Made by a program: the position numbers and the translations under genes
Notes under the pieces: model-generated
The model's database searches: none
What the model was told of the DNA's origin: nothing
What the model saw: the letters and a program-made list of their open reading frames with translations, nothing else
In this document: positions 37,570-45,988 of the stretch, piece by piece
Layout: each line of letters begins with the position of its first letter
Position numbering within the stretch: the stretch's first letter is position 1
NCBI GenBank assembly: GCA_016179865.1
Contig: JACPCJ010000106.1
Span: forward strand, 8,950-72,949
Length of the DNA: 64,000 bases
Direction of reading: 5' to 3'
Source: Actinomycetota bacterium
GTDB lineage: Bacteria; Actinomycetota; Acidimicrobiia; IMCC26256; JACPCJ01

Positions 37570-38651
37570 GTCCACCCGGCGAGATCGAAGAGTTCCTGGA
37601 GTCGGCCGGGGAGCAGTTCCAGCGCAAGGTGCCGGCGGGCGACATCGAGGTTCTTCTCCAGCGTCGCCGACTCGTCGCGCATCCCGATGAGCACGGCGGC
37701 CAGGGTTTCGGGGTCCGATGCCGACAAGAACTCGAAGCCCAGCCCGCGCAGCTCATCCATCACGGGGTAGTCACCGGCGGCGAGGGGCCGCCGGTGGGCG
37801 ACGGACTCGATCACGGGGTTGCCGAACCCCTCCCACGTCGAGGGGAAGGCGACGAGATCGCAAGCGGCGTAGGCATCACCGACGGGTTGGGCCGCGGCGC
37901 GGATCACCCCGACGCGGGTGCCGCGCAGCAAGTCGTCGAGGAGCGGCCCGTATCCGTCTTCGGCCGGGCCGGGGAGCCAGTAATGGATCCGGTGTCCGGG
38001 CAGGCGGGTATCGAGGGCGGCGCACAGGGCGAGCGCCCCGGGCACGTTCTTGCGGGCGATGGCGCGCACCGGGTGCAGCACGAGCAGGTCGCCGTCGTCG
38101 AGCCCCAGCGCCTCCCTCGTTTGGTCGCGGTTTCCCGGAGGCGGGTCGAGGTCGAAGTGGTTCCGCACCAGGTGTGCGGTGATCCCCCGGTCCCCGAGCT
38201 CTCGGCTGGACAGCTCGTTGATGGTCACGTGGAGGGCGTGCTCGAGGCGGGGCGGGAGCTCGTCGACGTGCTCGTATTCGGCCCGCTGCCACGGGAGGTC
38301 GTGGTGGCGGAGGATGACCCGACCGTGCGTCGCGATGACCTTCGCCACGACCCGGGCGGCGGGAAGGTTGAGGGGGAGCGACAGAAGGTTCTCGACGACG
38401 ACGAGGTCGGCTCCCTCGAGGGCGGCCTCCACGGCGACGGGGGGCGGGTCCACGTTCCCATCCGGTCCCCTGGGAAGGGCCAGCTCGGGGACGATGGCGT
38501 CGTCGCGCCGCCCTCCATCGAGGATCTCGCCGGCCAACCGCCGGGTGCGAAAGCCGAGTGTGGCGAGCGCGGACTCCCACTTGGCGGCCTCGACGGAGAC
38601 GCCGTCGGTGCCGCCGAGGCGGAACGAGACGAACACCGCCGTGGGGGCCAC
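37560..38651 (-). CDS. GT4-like glycosyltransferase
   Basis: GGTDGVSVEAAKW, HHDLPWQR, RAIARKN and PSTWEGFGNPVIE motifs. Confidence 0.88.
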   Translation of the reverse strand: MAPTAVFVSFRLGGTDGVSVEAAKWESALATLGFRTRRLAGEILDGGRRDDAIVPELALPRGPDGNVDPPPVAVEAALEGADLVVVENLLSLPLNLPAARVVAKVIATHGRVILRHHDLPWQRAEYEHVDELPPRLEHALHVTINELSSRELGDRGITAHLVRNHFDLDPPPGNRDQTREALGLDDGDLLVLHPVRAIARKNVPGALALCAALDTRLPGHRIHYWLPGPAEDGYGPLLDDLLRGTRVGVIRAAAQPVGDAYAACDLVAFPSTWEGFGNPVIESVAHRRPLAAGDYPVMDELRGLGFEFLSASDPETLAAVLIGMRDESATLEKNLDVARRHLALELLPGRLQELFDLAGWTWP

Positions 38652-38671
38652 GGGACGACGATAGAGCGGAG

Positions 38672-39340
38672 CTACCCGAGGCGGGGAAGGCGGCGGTTGA
38701 TGGCGTCGAGCACGGCCTTGGCCACCGCCTCTTGCTCCTGGTGGAGCCGCACCACGGCCGAGCCGGAAATGATCTGCTCCTCCGGCGGTACGACGGCGAC
38801 CACCGTCACCACCGCCACGTCGTTGATCCCGACCCGCACGATCTGCGCGCTGTCGACGTCGAGGCACTCGGCGGCGGGGACGAGCTGGCGCAGCGCGTCG
38901 AGCGTCGCCGCGCCCACGAGGCGGTGGCGCGCGGTCGAGGCGATGGTTCCCTCGGCGAAGCCCACGGCCTCGATCTCTTCAATGGCGAGCGTGACGCGGA
39001 CGAGGGTGCGCAGGCCCGAAGCCTCCGCGGTGATGCCCGTGATGGCCGGGCGTGGTGACACGCCGGCGTCGGGCTCGCGCTCGTCGGTGACCTGATCGCT
39101 CTCGAGTTGTACGACCGAGACGATGCGACGGTCGAGGTCGAGGCCGAAGCGAGCCAGCGCCACCGATTGGATGTCGCGCACGATCTGCTTCGCCGGCTTG
39201 CCGGGGCGCGCCAGCACGTGCACTTCGGTGGGCTGCTCGCCCTCGCCCACGATGCGCACGCCCGTGACGTCGGGCAGCCGACACAGCGCCTGCTCGACCT
39301 CCTCGAGGTCCACACCTCCCGTGCCCTCCGCGCCCTCCAT
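38672..39340 (-). CDS. Conserved hypothetical cytoplasmic protein, divergent from the peptide/HD-GYP genes
   Basis: EVHVLA...KQIVRDIQSV...RIVSVVQ and AVAKAVLDAINRR motifs; start could be 39355, 39340 or 39313. Confidence 0.8.
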   Translation of the reverse strand: MEGAEGTGGVDLEEVEQALCRLPDVTGVRIVGEGEQPTEVHVLARPGKPAKQIVRDIQSVALARFGLDLDRRIVSVVQLESDQVTDEREPDAGVSPRPAITGITAEASGLRTLVRVTLAIEEIEAVGFAEGTIASTARHRLVGAATLDALRQLVPAAECLDVDSAQIVRVGINDVAVVTVVAVVPPEEQIISGSAVVRLHQEQEAVAKAVLDAINRRLPRLG

Positions 39341-39858
39341 ACGTGTTCGGAGCATAGGGGTCGCGCGCGCAGCGTGAGGGGACGCCCAGAAATCACCCCG
39401 CAATCCTGAGGTGTGATCATGAAGGTCACGATGCGTGGCATTTCCCCAATGCGGCGGGAGTCCATGTCCGAGAAATTCTCGGGAACCACTTGATTCGCGG
39501 CCTCCGAACCGCTTGACTCTCCATTCACCGCATCGACGGCAACGGATGGATGCGGGCGGAGTGGGCCTGTTCGGGCCCAGGGCCTGGCCACCAAGACGCT
39601 GGCTCGGCGCGCCACCCACGCGAACCACGGGGGTGGGGTGCCGGACGGCAGGGAGGTGCGCGGGACACGAAGCGGATGAGCTTGACAACCTGACGCGCCG
39701 CGGATCGCCGCGGGCGGAGCCGGCAGGGCCTCGCCCGGGCCCCCGTTTCGGATTCGATATGAACCGATTCGGTGTGCCCGGAGCGGAGCGGACCCCATAC
39801 CAGCGGAGCGGATTGCCCCCACACGCAGGGAGTGATCAACCGCCAAGGAGGGGTGTCC

Positions 39859-39948
39859 ATGAGAACAGCCTTCGTCCGGCTCGCAGCCGTAGCGACGGTA
39901 ATCGTGGCTTCCCTTGCCACCGGTGGCCTCGGCTACCGGTGGGAGTGA
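39859..39948 (+). CDS. Small 29-aa peptide, putative signal precursor (not in the ORF track)
   Basis: SD AAGGAGG at 39845-39851, ATG 39859, TGA 39946-39948; MRTAFVRLAAVATVIVASLATGGLGYRWE. Confidence 0.75.
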   Translation: MRTAFVRLAAVATVIVASLATGGLGYRWE

Positions 39949-39982
39949 CGGGAGAGGTCGTCGCATCTCATCGCCCACACCA

Positions 39983-40029
39983 ACTTGGTTTCTCTTCTGC
40001 GCTCTGGTGTGAGAAACGAAACCAAGTTC
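39983..40029. repeat. Hairpin, REP-like family B
   Basis: AACTTGGTTTC...GAAACCAAGTT; a related copy lies inverted at 61331-61377. Confidence 0.75.
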
Positions 40030-40084
40030 CTGGGATGGGCTGAGAGAGGGAAGCATACCGTCACAGCGCTGGTATCTGGCGGGT

Positions 40085-41389
40085 GTGACGGCCACCGCAG
40101 GGGTCGTCGCCACGTTCATCGCGCGCGCGGGAATTTCCAATATGGAAGCCTTCGCGACCTTCGCTCTGGTTGCCATGGGAGCCGAGCTGATCAGCGTCCG
40201 GCTTCCGAATGGCGCCACCGCATCCGCGCTCATGGTGCCCGTGATCGCCGCCGTATACGCCCTCGGCGTCGGCGGCACGTACTGGGCCGGCGCCCTGGTC
40301 GCCGCCTTCGGCGGGCTCTACCTTCCCGACCTTCGTGGCGCCCGCTTCGATCGGGTCATCTTCAACAGCGCCATGCTGCTGCTCGCCGGAACGGGGGCGG
40401 CCGCCGTCTTCGCCGTGCTCGACCCCGCCGCGCACCCGTCGGTGCCCGCGTTCCTTTTCGCCACCGTGCCCGCCGGCCTCGTGTTCCTCGGCCTCAATGT
40501 GGCGCTCTTGGTGCCGATGCTGGCCCTCGACCAGGGTCGGCCGGCGCGCGAGTTCCTCGCCAGCCTGTCGCCCTTCCACGCGCAGTACATCCCCTTTGCC
40601 ATCATCGGCACCGGCCTGGGGTGGGTCTACCTGGTGACGGGGCCGCTCATCATTCCGTTGGCCGTTGCGCCGGTGCTCGTCGCCCGCCAGACCTTCCGTT
40701 CATACCTGGCCCTGCGTGACGCCCACGAGCAGACCCTTCGGACGCTGGTGCGCACGCTGGAACGCAAGGACCCGTACACGGCCGGGCACGTCGAACGGGT
40801 CGCCACGTACGCCCGCTACATCGGAGAGGAGCTCGGCCTCTCTGAGATCCGCCAGGAGCGGCTCCGGTACGCGGCGCTGATGCACGACGTCGGCAAGCTG
40901 GTGGTCTCCAATCACCTCCTGCGCAAGCCCGACCGCCTGACCGCCGAGGAGTACGAGCGGGTACGCCTGCATGAGGCGGTGTCGGTCGAGCTCCTGCGCC
41001 GGATCGACTTCCTGCGACCGATCGCCACGTCGGCTTCGCCCCGCTATGCGCGGTACGACGCCCGCGGGCCGACCGATCCCATCGAGCCCTACGTGATCGT
41101 GGTCGCCGACGCCTACGACGCCATGACCTCGACCCGCCCCTACCGCCGGGCTCTGCCGCAGCCGGTCGCCTTCTCTGAACTCCGTCGGCACGCGGGCACC
41201 CAGTTCCACCCGGCCTGCGTGGAGGCCCTCATCCGGGCACTGGACCGGCGCGAAGAACGCCACGGGCTCGGCCACGAGGAGCAAGTGGTCGTCTTCGACA
41301 CCGAGCCTCCCGTGCGGGGCCCCGGCTCGGCGGGTCTCGGTGACCTGGCTCCGAACGCGCCACCCCGCGTGCCGGAGCGTCACGCGTGA
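40085..41389 (+). CDS. Membrane-bound HD-GYP-family protein (multi-TM sensor + HD domain)
   Basis: About 6-7 TM helices, then KDPYTAGHVERVA, HDVGK, DAYDAMTSTRPYR and AGTQFHP; the HHE/GYP segment is degenerate. Confidence 0.9.
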   Translation: MTATAGVVATFIARAGISNMEAFATFALVAMGAELISVRLPNGATASALMVPVIAAVYALGVGGTYWAGALVAAFGGLYLPDLRGARFDRVIFNSAMLLLAGTGAAAVFAVLDPAAHPSVPAFLFATVPAGLVFLGLNVALLVPMLALDQGRPAREFLASLSPFHAQYIPFAIIGTGLGWVYLVTGPLIIPLAVAPVLVARQTFRSYLALRDAHEQTLRTLVRTLERKDPYTAGHVERVATYARYIGEELGLSEIRQERLRYAALMHDVGKLVVSNHLLRKPDRLTAEEYERVRLHEAVSVELLRRIDFLRPIATSASPRYARYDARGPTDPIEPYVIVVADAYDAMTSTRPYRRALPQPVAFSELRRHAGTQFHPACVEALIRALDRREERHGLGHEEQVVVFDTEPPVRGPGSAGLGDLAPNAPPRVPERHA

Positions 41390-42648
41390 GTACCACGCAC
41401 ATCTCGGTTTCGCCGGCGCGCCGCGTCAGCGACCCCGGTGCACCGCGCCTGCGCGCCGACGTTTCGCTCGTTCTGGCGCTCGCCGCCCTGGTGGCGGTCA
41501 CGGTCGCCCTCACCACGACCGGCGACTGGGGCCGGGTGGCAGCCCTCGGCGCGGCGCTCGTGGTTGGTGAACTGCTGGTGGTCGAGCTCATGGACGAGAC
41601 CACCCTTCCACTCTCGCTGATGGTGCTCGTGCCGCTCGTCGCCGAGGCGGGCCTCGCCCCCACGCTCCTCGCCACCGCCGGAGCCACGGGCGCCGCCGCC
41701 ATCCTGGCTCGCCACGCGTCGCTCCGGAGTTGGGCGTCCACCGTGGGGGCGAGAACCACCACCGCCGCCGCGGCGTGGGCAGTCTTCTGGGGCGCGGACC
41801 GCCTCCTCCGGGGGGGCGGCGGTCTGGCGGCGTCGGCGCTGCCGGCCACGGCTGCGGCGGCGTCGCTCCTCGCCCTGGTACTTGCCGAGCGGCGGCTGCG
41901 GCGGGCGGGGTCCTTCCACGGCGCCCGCGGCCACGGCGCCTTCTTCGCCGTGGCGGCGAGCGGGGTGCTCACGGCGATCGGCAGCGCCGGGGTCGACGGG
42001 CGGGGCGGCATGGGCCTGTGGGCCCTGGTCGTCTTCGCCGTCCCCGCGCTCTCGGCGAGGTGGGCCTTCGGTCGTTTGCACGCCATCCGGCGGACGTACG
42101 ACCAGACCATCGACGTCCTTTCCGTGGTCCCCGAGATGGGGGGCCGGGCCCGCCCCGGCCACTCTCGCCGCGTCGCCGAGCTGTGCGTCGACACGGGTCG
42201 GATGCTTGGCCTCTCGGCTCCGGCGCTCGAAGACCTGGAGCGTGCCGCCCTCCTGCACGCGCTCGGATCGGTGACGTTCGACGATCACGATCCTCCCGGA
42301 ACCTCCCGCGGGCCCCGTGAAGTCGCGGGCGCGACGGTCGGCGTGCTGGCCGACGAGGAGCGTCTCTCCCGCCCGGCCGGCCTCGTGGCCGGGATGGCGG
42401 GGGAACCGGTCACCCTCACCGACGAGGAACTTCTGGCGGCCCGCGTGCTCAGAGCGGCGGCGTCCTTCGAAGAAGTGGCCGGCGGCGACCCGTCGCGGGC
42501 CCGGCTGGCGCTGGCGACGACGATCGAGCTCGGCGGGTCGGCTCGCCCGTCAGGTCGCCCGTCAGCTCAAGACGGGACTGACCGACGAGTCGTGGCCGCC
42601 CTGGCCCGCGTCGTCACCCGGCGGGCCCTCGTGAGCCATCGCGGGTAG
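41386..42648 (+). CDS. Second membrane protein with a degenerate HD-GYP-like domain
   Basis: Multi-TM N-terminus, GHSRRVA, ALLHALG (HD replaced by HA); GTGA overlap with the upstream gene. Confidence 0.75.
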   Translation: MSTTHISVSPARRVSDPGAPRLRADVSLVLALAALVAVTVALTTTGDWGRVAALGAALVVGELLVVELMDETTLPLSLMVLVPLVAEAGLAPTLLATAGATGAAAILARHASLRSWASTVGARTTTAAAAWAVFWGADRLLRGGGGLAASALPATAAAASLLALVLAERRLRRAGSFHGARGHGAFFAVAASGVLTAIGSAGVDGRGGMGLWALVVFAVPALSARWAFGRLHAIRRTYDQTIDVLSVVPEMGGRARPGHSRRVAELCVDTGRMLGLSAPALEDLERAALLHALGSVTFDDHDPPGTSRGPREVAGATVGVLADEERLSRPAGLVAGMAGEPVTLTDEELLAARVLRAAASFEEVAGGDPSRARLALATTIELGGSARPSGRPSAQDGTDRRVVAALARVVTRRALVSHRG

Positions 42649-43188
42649 CCGCCCACCTCGTCGCCGCGGCGGGCGGGACGCCCGGAAGATCACGTCGAGA
42701 AGGCCCACGCCAAGGATCAGGTCGCCGAAGCTGATCGCCCGGTCGATCGGCTCGGGCAGGAGCACGATCTGGCCCAGGGAGCGCAGGGCGGCGGCGTCGT
42801 TCTCGGGCACGTGGGTGACCGACTCCTCGAGCTCGCGCATCCGGACGTCACTGGCATCCTCGGGCAAACGCGTTGGCATGCCGCCGTTGACGGCGACGAC
42901 CAGGGTGTTGAGCGCCACACCGATCAAGACCACCGACATGCCCGTGAGTCGGAGGTTCCGGGCGCAGAACACGACGAGGGCGCCGTAGGAGCCGAGGTAT
43001 ACGGCCAGGCCGGCCGACTCGGGCCAGCCGTCGGTTGGAGACCAGAGGCCGAGGGCGAGTTGGGCTGCGAGGGCGAGTGGCGGGAGGACGATCCAGCGCA
43101 CCCGAGCGTCGGCCAGACGCCCAAGGCGGCCTTGGCCGACCACTGCGGTGCAGGCGCCGAGCGCGATCGCCACGGCGATCAGTTCCAA
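42562..43188 (-). CDS. DUF5317-like membrane protein
   Basis: GRLGRL...W, NLRLTGM, GVALNTLVVAVNGGMP, H...LG and SFGD motifs; likely TTG start at 43188. Confidence 0.8.
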   Translation of the reverse strand: MELIAVAIALGACTAVVGQGRLGRLADARVRWIVLPPLALAAQLALGLWSPTDGWPESAGLAVYLGSYGALVVFCARNLRLTGMSVVLIGVALNTLVVAVNGGMPTRLPEDASDVRMRELEESVTHVPENDAAALRSLGQIVLLPEPIDRAISFGDLILGVGLLDVIFRASRPPRRRGGRLPAMAHEGPPGDDAGQGGHDSSVSPVLS

Positions 43189-43361
43189 TTTGCCTTGCTC
43201 CCTCGGCTGTTCCGGCCTCGCTCGCCTGTCGCCGGGCCTCCTTCGGGGTCCCCGCCCGGCGCCAATTTGCCTTGCTCCCTCGTCCGTTCCGGTCTCGCTC
43301 GCCTGTCGCCGGGCACCCCTCTGTCGCCGGGCACCCCTGAGGGGTCCCCGCCCGGCGCCAA
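43185..43361 (-). repeat. Two tandem copies of a ~77-bp dispersed repeat (third copy at 62837-62910)
   Basis: CCAATTTGCCTTGCTCCCTCG...GGGGTCCCCGCCCGGCG occurs twice; the second copy has an 18-bp internal duplication (43303-43320 and 43321-43338). Confidence 0.85.
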
Positions 43362-43401
43362 CAGCCACCGTACCGCCGGCGTCTCTGATAGATACGGACC
43401 C

Positions 43402-44193
43402 GTGACTGACGATGCGAGTGCCGAGGTTCTATACGCCGTCGACGGCGCAGTGGCGCGAGTGACGATCAACCGCGAGGAACGCCGCAACTCGATGTCGTAC
43501 GGCGTGATGACGGGCCTGCGAGAGGCGATGGCGAGCGCGAAGGCCGACGACGCCGTTCGGGTGTTGGTGCTGACGGGGGCGGGCGAGAAGGCCTTCTGTG
43601 CCGGGGCCGACCTCGGGGGGATCGGGGAGAACCCGAGCGCGGCCGACGTCCACGAGGGGCGGGGAGAACTCGCGGCGCTCTTCCGTGACATGTGGTCGCT
43701 CGGCAAGCCGACCGTTGCTCGGGTGCGGGGCTACGCCCTGGCCGGGGGGTTCGGTCTGGCGCTGGCGTGTGACTTCGTGATCGCGGCCGACGACGCCCAG
43801 TTCGGCACCCCCGAGATCGACGTCGGCCTGTGGCCGTACATGATCACCGTGCCCCTGCTCCGCTCCATGCCGCCCAAGAAGGCGCTGGAGCTGATGATGA
43901 CCGCGCGCCGGGTCGGTGCCACCGAAGCGGAGCGCATCGGGTTCGTGAACCGGGTGACCCCGGTTGATGAGCTCGACGGCGCTGTCGACGAGCTGTGCGC
44001 CACCCTCGCTTCGAAGTCGCCGGTCATCATGCGCTGGGGTCGCGACGCCTTCTACCGAGTGCTCGACATGACCGCCGACGACGCCCTCGCTTACCTCCAG
44101 CCCATGCTCTCGGTCACCACCTACACCGAGGACACGGCCGAGGGCATCGCCGCCTTCGTGGAGAAGCGCCCTCCGGAGTGGAAGGGCCGCTAG
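43402..44193 (+). CDS. Enoyl-CoA hydratase/isomerase
   Basis: AFCAGADL, GYALAGG and FGTPEIDVG motifs. Confidence 0.92.
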   Translation: MTDDASAEVLYAVDGAVARVTINREERRNSMSYGVMTGLREAMASAKADDAVRVLVLTGAGEKAFCAGADLGGIGENPSAADVHEGRGELAALFRDMWSLGKPTVARVRGYALAGGFGLALACDFVIAADDAQFGTPEIDVGLWPYMITVPLLRSMPPKKALELMMTARRVGATEAERIGFVNRVTPVDELDGAVDELCATLASKSPVIMRWGRDAFYRVLDMTADDALAYLQPMLSVTTYTEDTAEGIAAFVEKRPPEWKGR

Positions 44194-45053
44194 CCCGCGC
44201 TCGCTTCTGCTCTCTCACGCCGTCCGTACGCCGGGAAGAACGGCAGAACCGACTCGCGCACAACGAGCACGACGAAGAAGACCGCCACCGCCGTCGCCGC
44301 GATCGTGGCCCCGCCATCGGTGCGGGCGTGATGGCTGATGACCAGCCCGGCGACCGCCGACGCCGATCCGAGCGCAACGGCCGTCGCCATCATGGCCGGC
44401 ACCCGGCGCACGACGAGCGCGGCCGTGGCCGGTGGCCCGACGAGGAGCCCGAACACGAGCAGGGTGCCCACGGCCCGGAACGACGAGACGACGGCGGCGG
44501 CGACCAGCACCAACAGCGCCAGGTGGGCGACGCGCGGATGGAGCCCGAGCACTTCGGCCTTCTGCTCGTTGAACGCCATCACGAGGAAGGGTCGGTAGAA
44601 CACGGCGACGGCGATGGCCGTCCCGACCAGGACGGCCACGGCGAGGATGAGATCGCCGGCGCCGATCTCGAAGACGTCGCCGAACAGGATCTCGCCGAGC
44701 TCCTCGGCCTCCATCCCGGCCCTGGAGGCAATCACCACGCCCAGGGCGAGGAGCCCCACGAACAGCAGCCCCACCCCGGTTTCCTCGGCGAGGTTGGTGC
44801 GGCGGGTGACGAGGTGGATTCCTCCCACCATGACCAGCGCCCCCGCCGCTGCGCCGAGCGTCGGGTCGATCCCGATCAGGAAGGCGACCGTGATGCCCGG
44901 GAGCACGCCGTGGGCGAAGGCATCGCCGATGAAGCTGAGGCCCCGGATGACCACCCAGGTCCCGACGAGCGAGGTCGTACCGACCACGAGGAGGGCGGCG
45001 ACGAGTGCCCGACGGGCGTCGTCAGTGCGGAAGGCGTCGAGGAACCAGTCCAT
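44190..45053 (-). CDS. Zn/Mn ABC transporter permease (ZnuB/AztB-like)
   Basis: SFIGDAFAHGVLPG, LFGD and AVGTLLV motifs. Confidence 0.92.
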   Translation of the reverse strand: MDWFLDAFRTDDARRALVAALLVVGTTSLVGTWVVIRGLSFIGDAFAHGVLPGITVAFLIGIDPTLGAAAGALVMVGGIHLVTRRTNLAEETGVGLLFVGLLALGVVIASRAGMEAEELGEILFGDVFEIGAGDLILAVAVLVGTAIAVAVFYRPFLVMAFNEQKAEVLGLHPRVAHLALLVLVAAAVVSSFRAVGTLLVFGLLVGPPATAALVVRRVPAMMATAVALGSASAVAGLVISHHARTDGGATIAATAVAVFFVVLVVRESVLPFFPAYGRRERAEASAG

Positions 45054-45068
45054 CGGGCTTGTCGAAAA

Positions 45069-45083
45069 TAGGAATCATTCTTA
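45069..45083. promoter_or_regulatory. Putative Zur/Fur box in the divergent promoter
   Basis: TAGGAAT-C-ATTCTTA, a 7-1-7 AT-rich near-palindrome between divergent metal ABC genes. Confidence 0.65.
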
Positions 45084-45093
45084 GAATCAGGAT

Positions 45094-45912
45094 ATGACCG
45101 CAGGCTCGGCCGCGCAATCTGTCGCCAACCAGGCTTCCGATCCCGTTGCTCGCGCGCGCGGCCTCGTCGTGGCCTACGGCCCCCGGGTGGCCATCGCATC
45201 CTCAGACTTCGAGGTTCCGTCCGCGTGCGTGACGGCGGTCATCGGCCCCAACGGCTCGGGGAAGTCGACCCTGCTCCATGCCTTGGCGGGCTTGGTCCGT
45301 CCGCACTCCGGCACCCTTGAGGTGCTGGGCGGTGCCCCGGAACACGCACACGACCGGGTCGCCTACGTCCTCCAGACCGCCGGCGTCAACCGAGTGCTTC
45401 CGGTGACCGTCGGCGAGGTGGTGGCCATGGGCCGCTACGGAGGTCGCGGGCTCATCGGGCGGTGGCGACCCGACGACCGCGAGGCGGTGGATCATGCGCT
45501 GGCCCGCCTCGACATCGTCGACCTCGCCGGACGTCACCTGCGTGAGCTGTCGACCGGACAGCGCCAGCGCGCCTTGGTCGCCCAGGGCCTGGCCCAGCAG
45601 GCGGACGTGCTCCTCCTCGACGAGCCCGTGACGGCGCTCGACATCCCGTCGCACGAGGCCATCGACGTCGTCATCGAGGAGGAGGTGGCGAGCGGGCGGA
45701 CGGTTGTCATCACGACCCACGACCTCGACGAAGCCCGGCGGGCCGACCACGTGCTGCTTCTCGGGGGGCGGGTGGTGGCGGAGGGCTCGCCCGGCGAGGT
45801 GCTCACCGACGAGCGGTTGCTCGAGGCCTACGGCGCCCACCTGCTGCACGCCGAGCCCGGTGACGGGCAGCGGGCCGTGAGCATCGATGACCCCCACCAC
45901 CACACCCACTGA
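45094..45912 (+). CDS. Zn/Mn ABC transporter ATP-binding protein (ZnuC/AztA-like)
   Basis: GPNGSGKST, LSTGQRQR, LLLDEP, THDL and a His-rich tail. Confidence 0.92.
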   Translation: MTAGSAAQSVANQASDPVARARGLVVAYGPRVAIASSDFEVPSACVTAVIGPNGSGKSTLLHALAGLVRPHSGTLEVLGGAPEHAHDRVAYVLQTAGVNRVLPVTVGEVVAMGRYGGRGLIGRWRPDDREAVDHALARLDIVDLAGRHLRELSTGQRQRALVAQGLAQQADVLLLDEPVTALDIPSHEAIDVVIEEEVASGRTVVITTHDLDEARRADHVLLLGGRVVAEGSPGEVLTDERLLEAYGAHLLHAEPGDGQRAVSIDDPHHHTH

Positions 45913-45919
45913 CCCCCTC

Positions 45920-45982
45920 CGAATTTGGCCTCCCCGACAGAGGATGGGCGCGCCTCATGCGACGGCAGGGAGGCCAAGTTCG
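45920..45982. repeat. Hairpin, REP-like family B
   Basis: CGAATTTGGCCTCCC...GGGAGGCCAAGTTCG between convergent genes. Confidence 0.7.
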
Positions 45983-45988
45983 GAGCGG

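Noticed and set aside
39356-39858. Possible c-di-GMP riboswitch upstream of the peptide/HD-GYP operon
   Set aside because: Only a partial GGGACGC match; the rest of the consensus is absent
43185-43361. Tandem repeats as a possible CRISPR array
   Set aside because: Units are ~77 bp, directly adjacent, with no unique spacers and no cas genes
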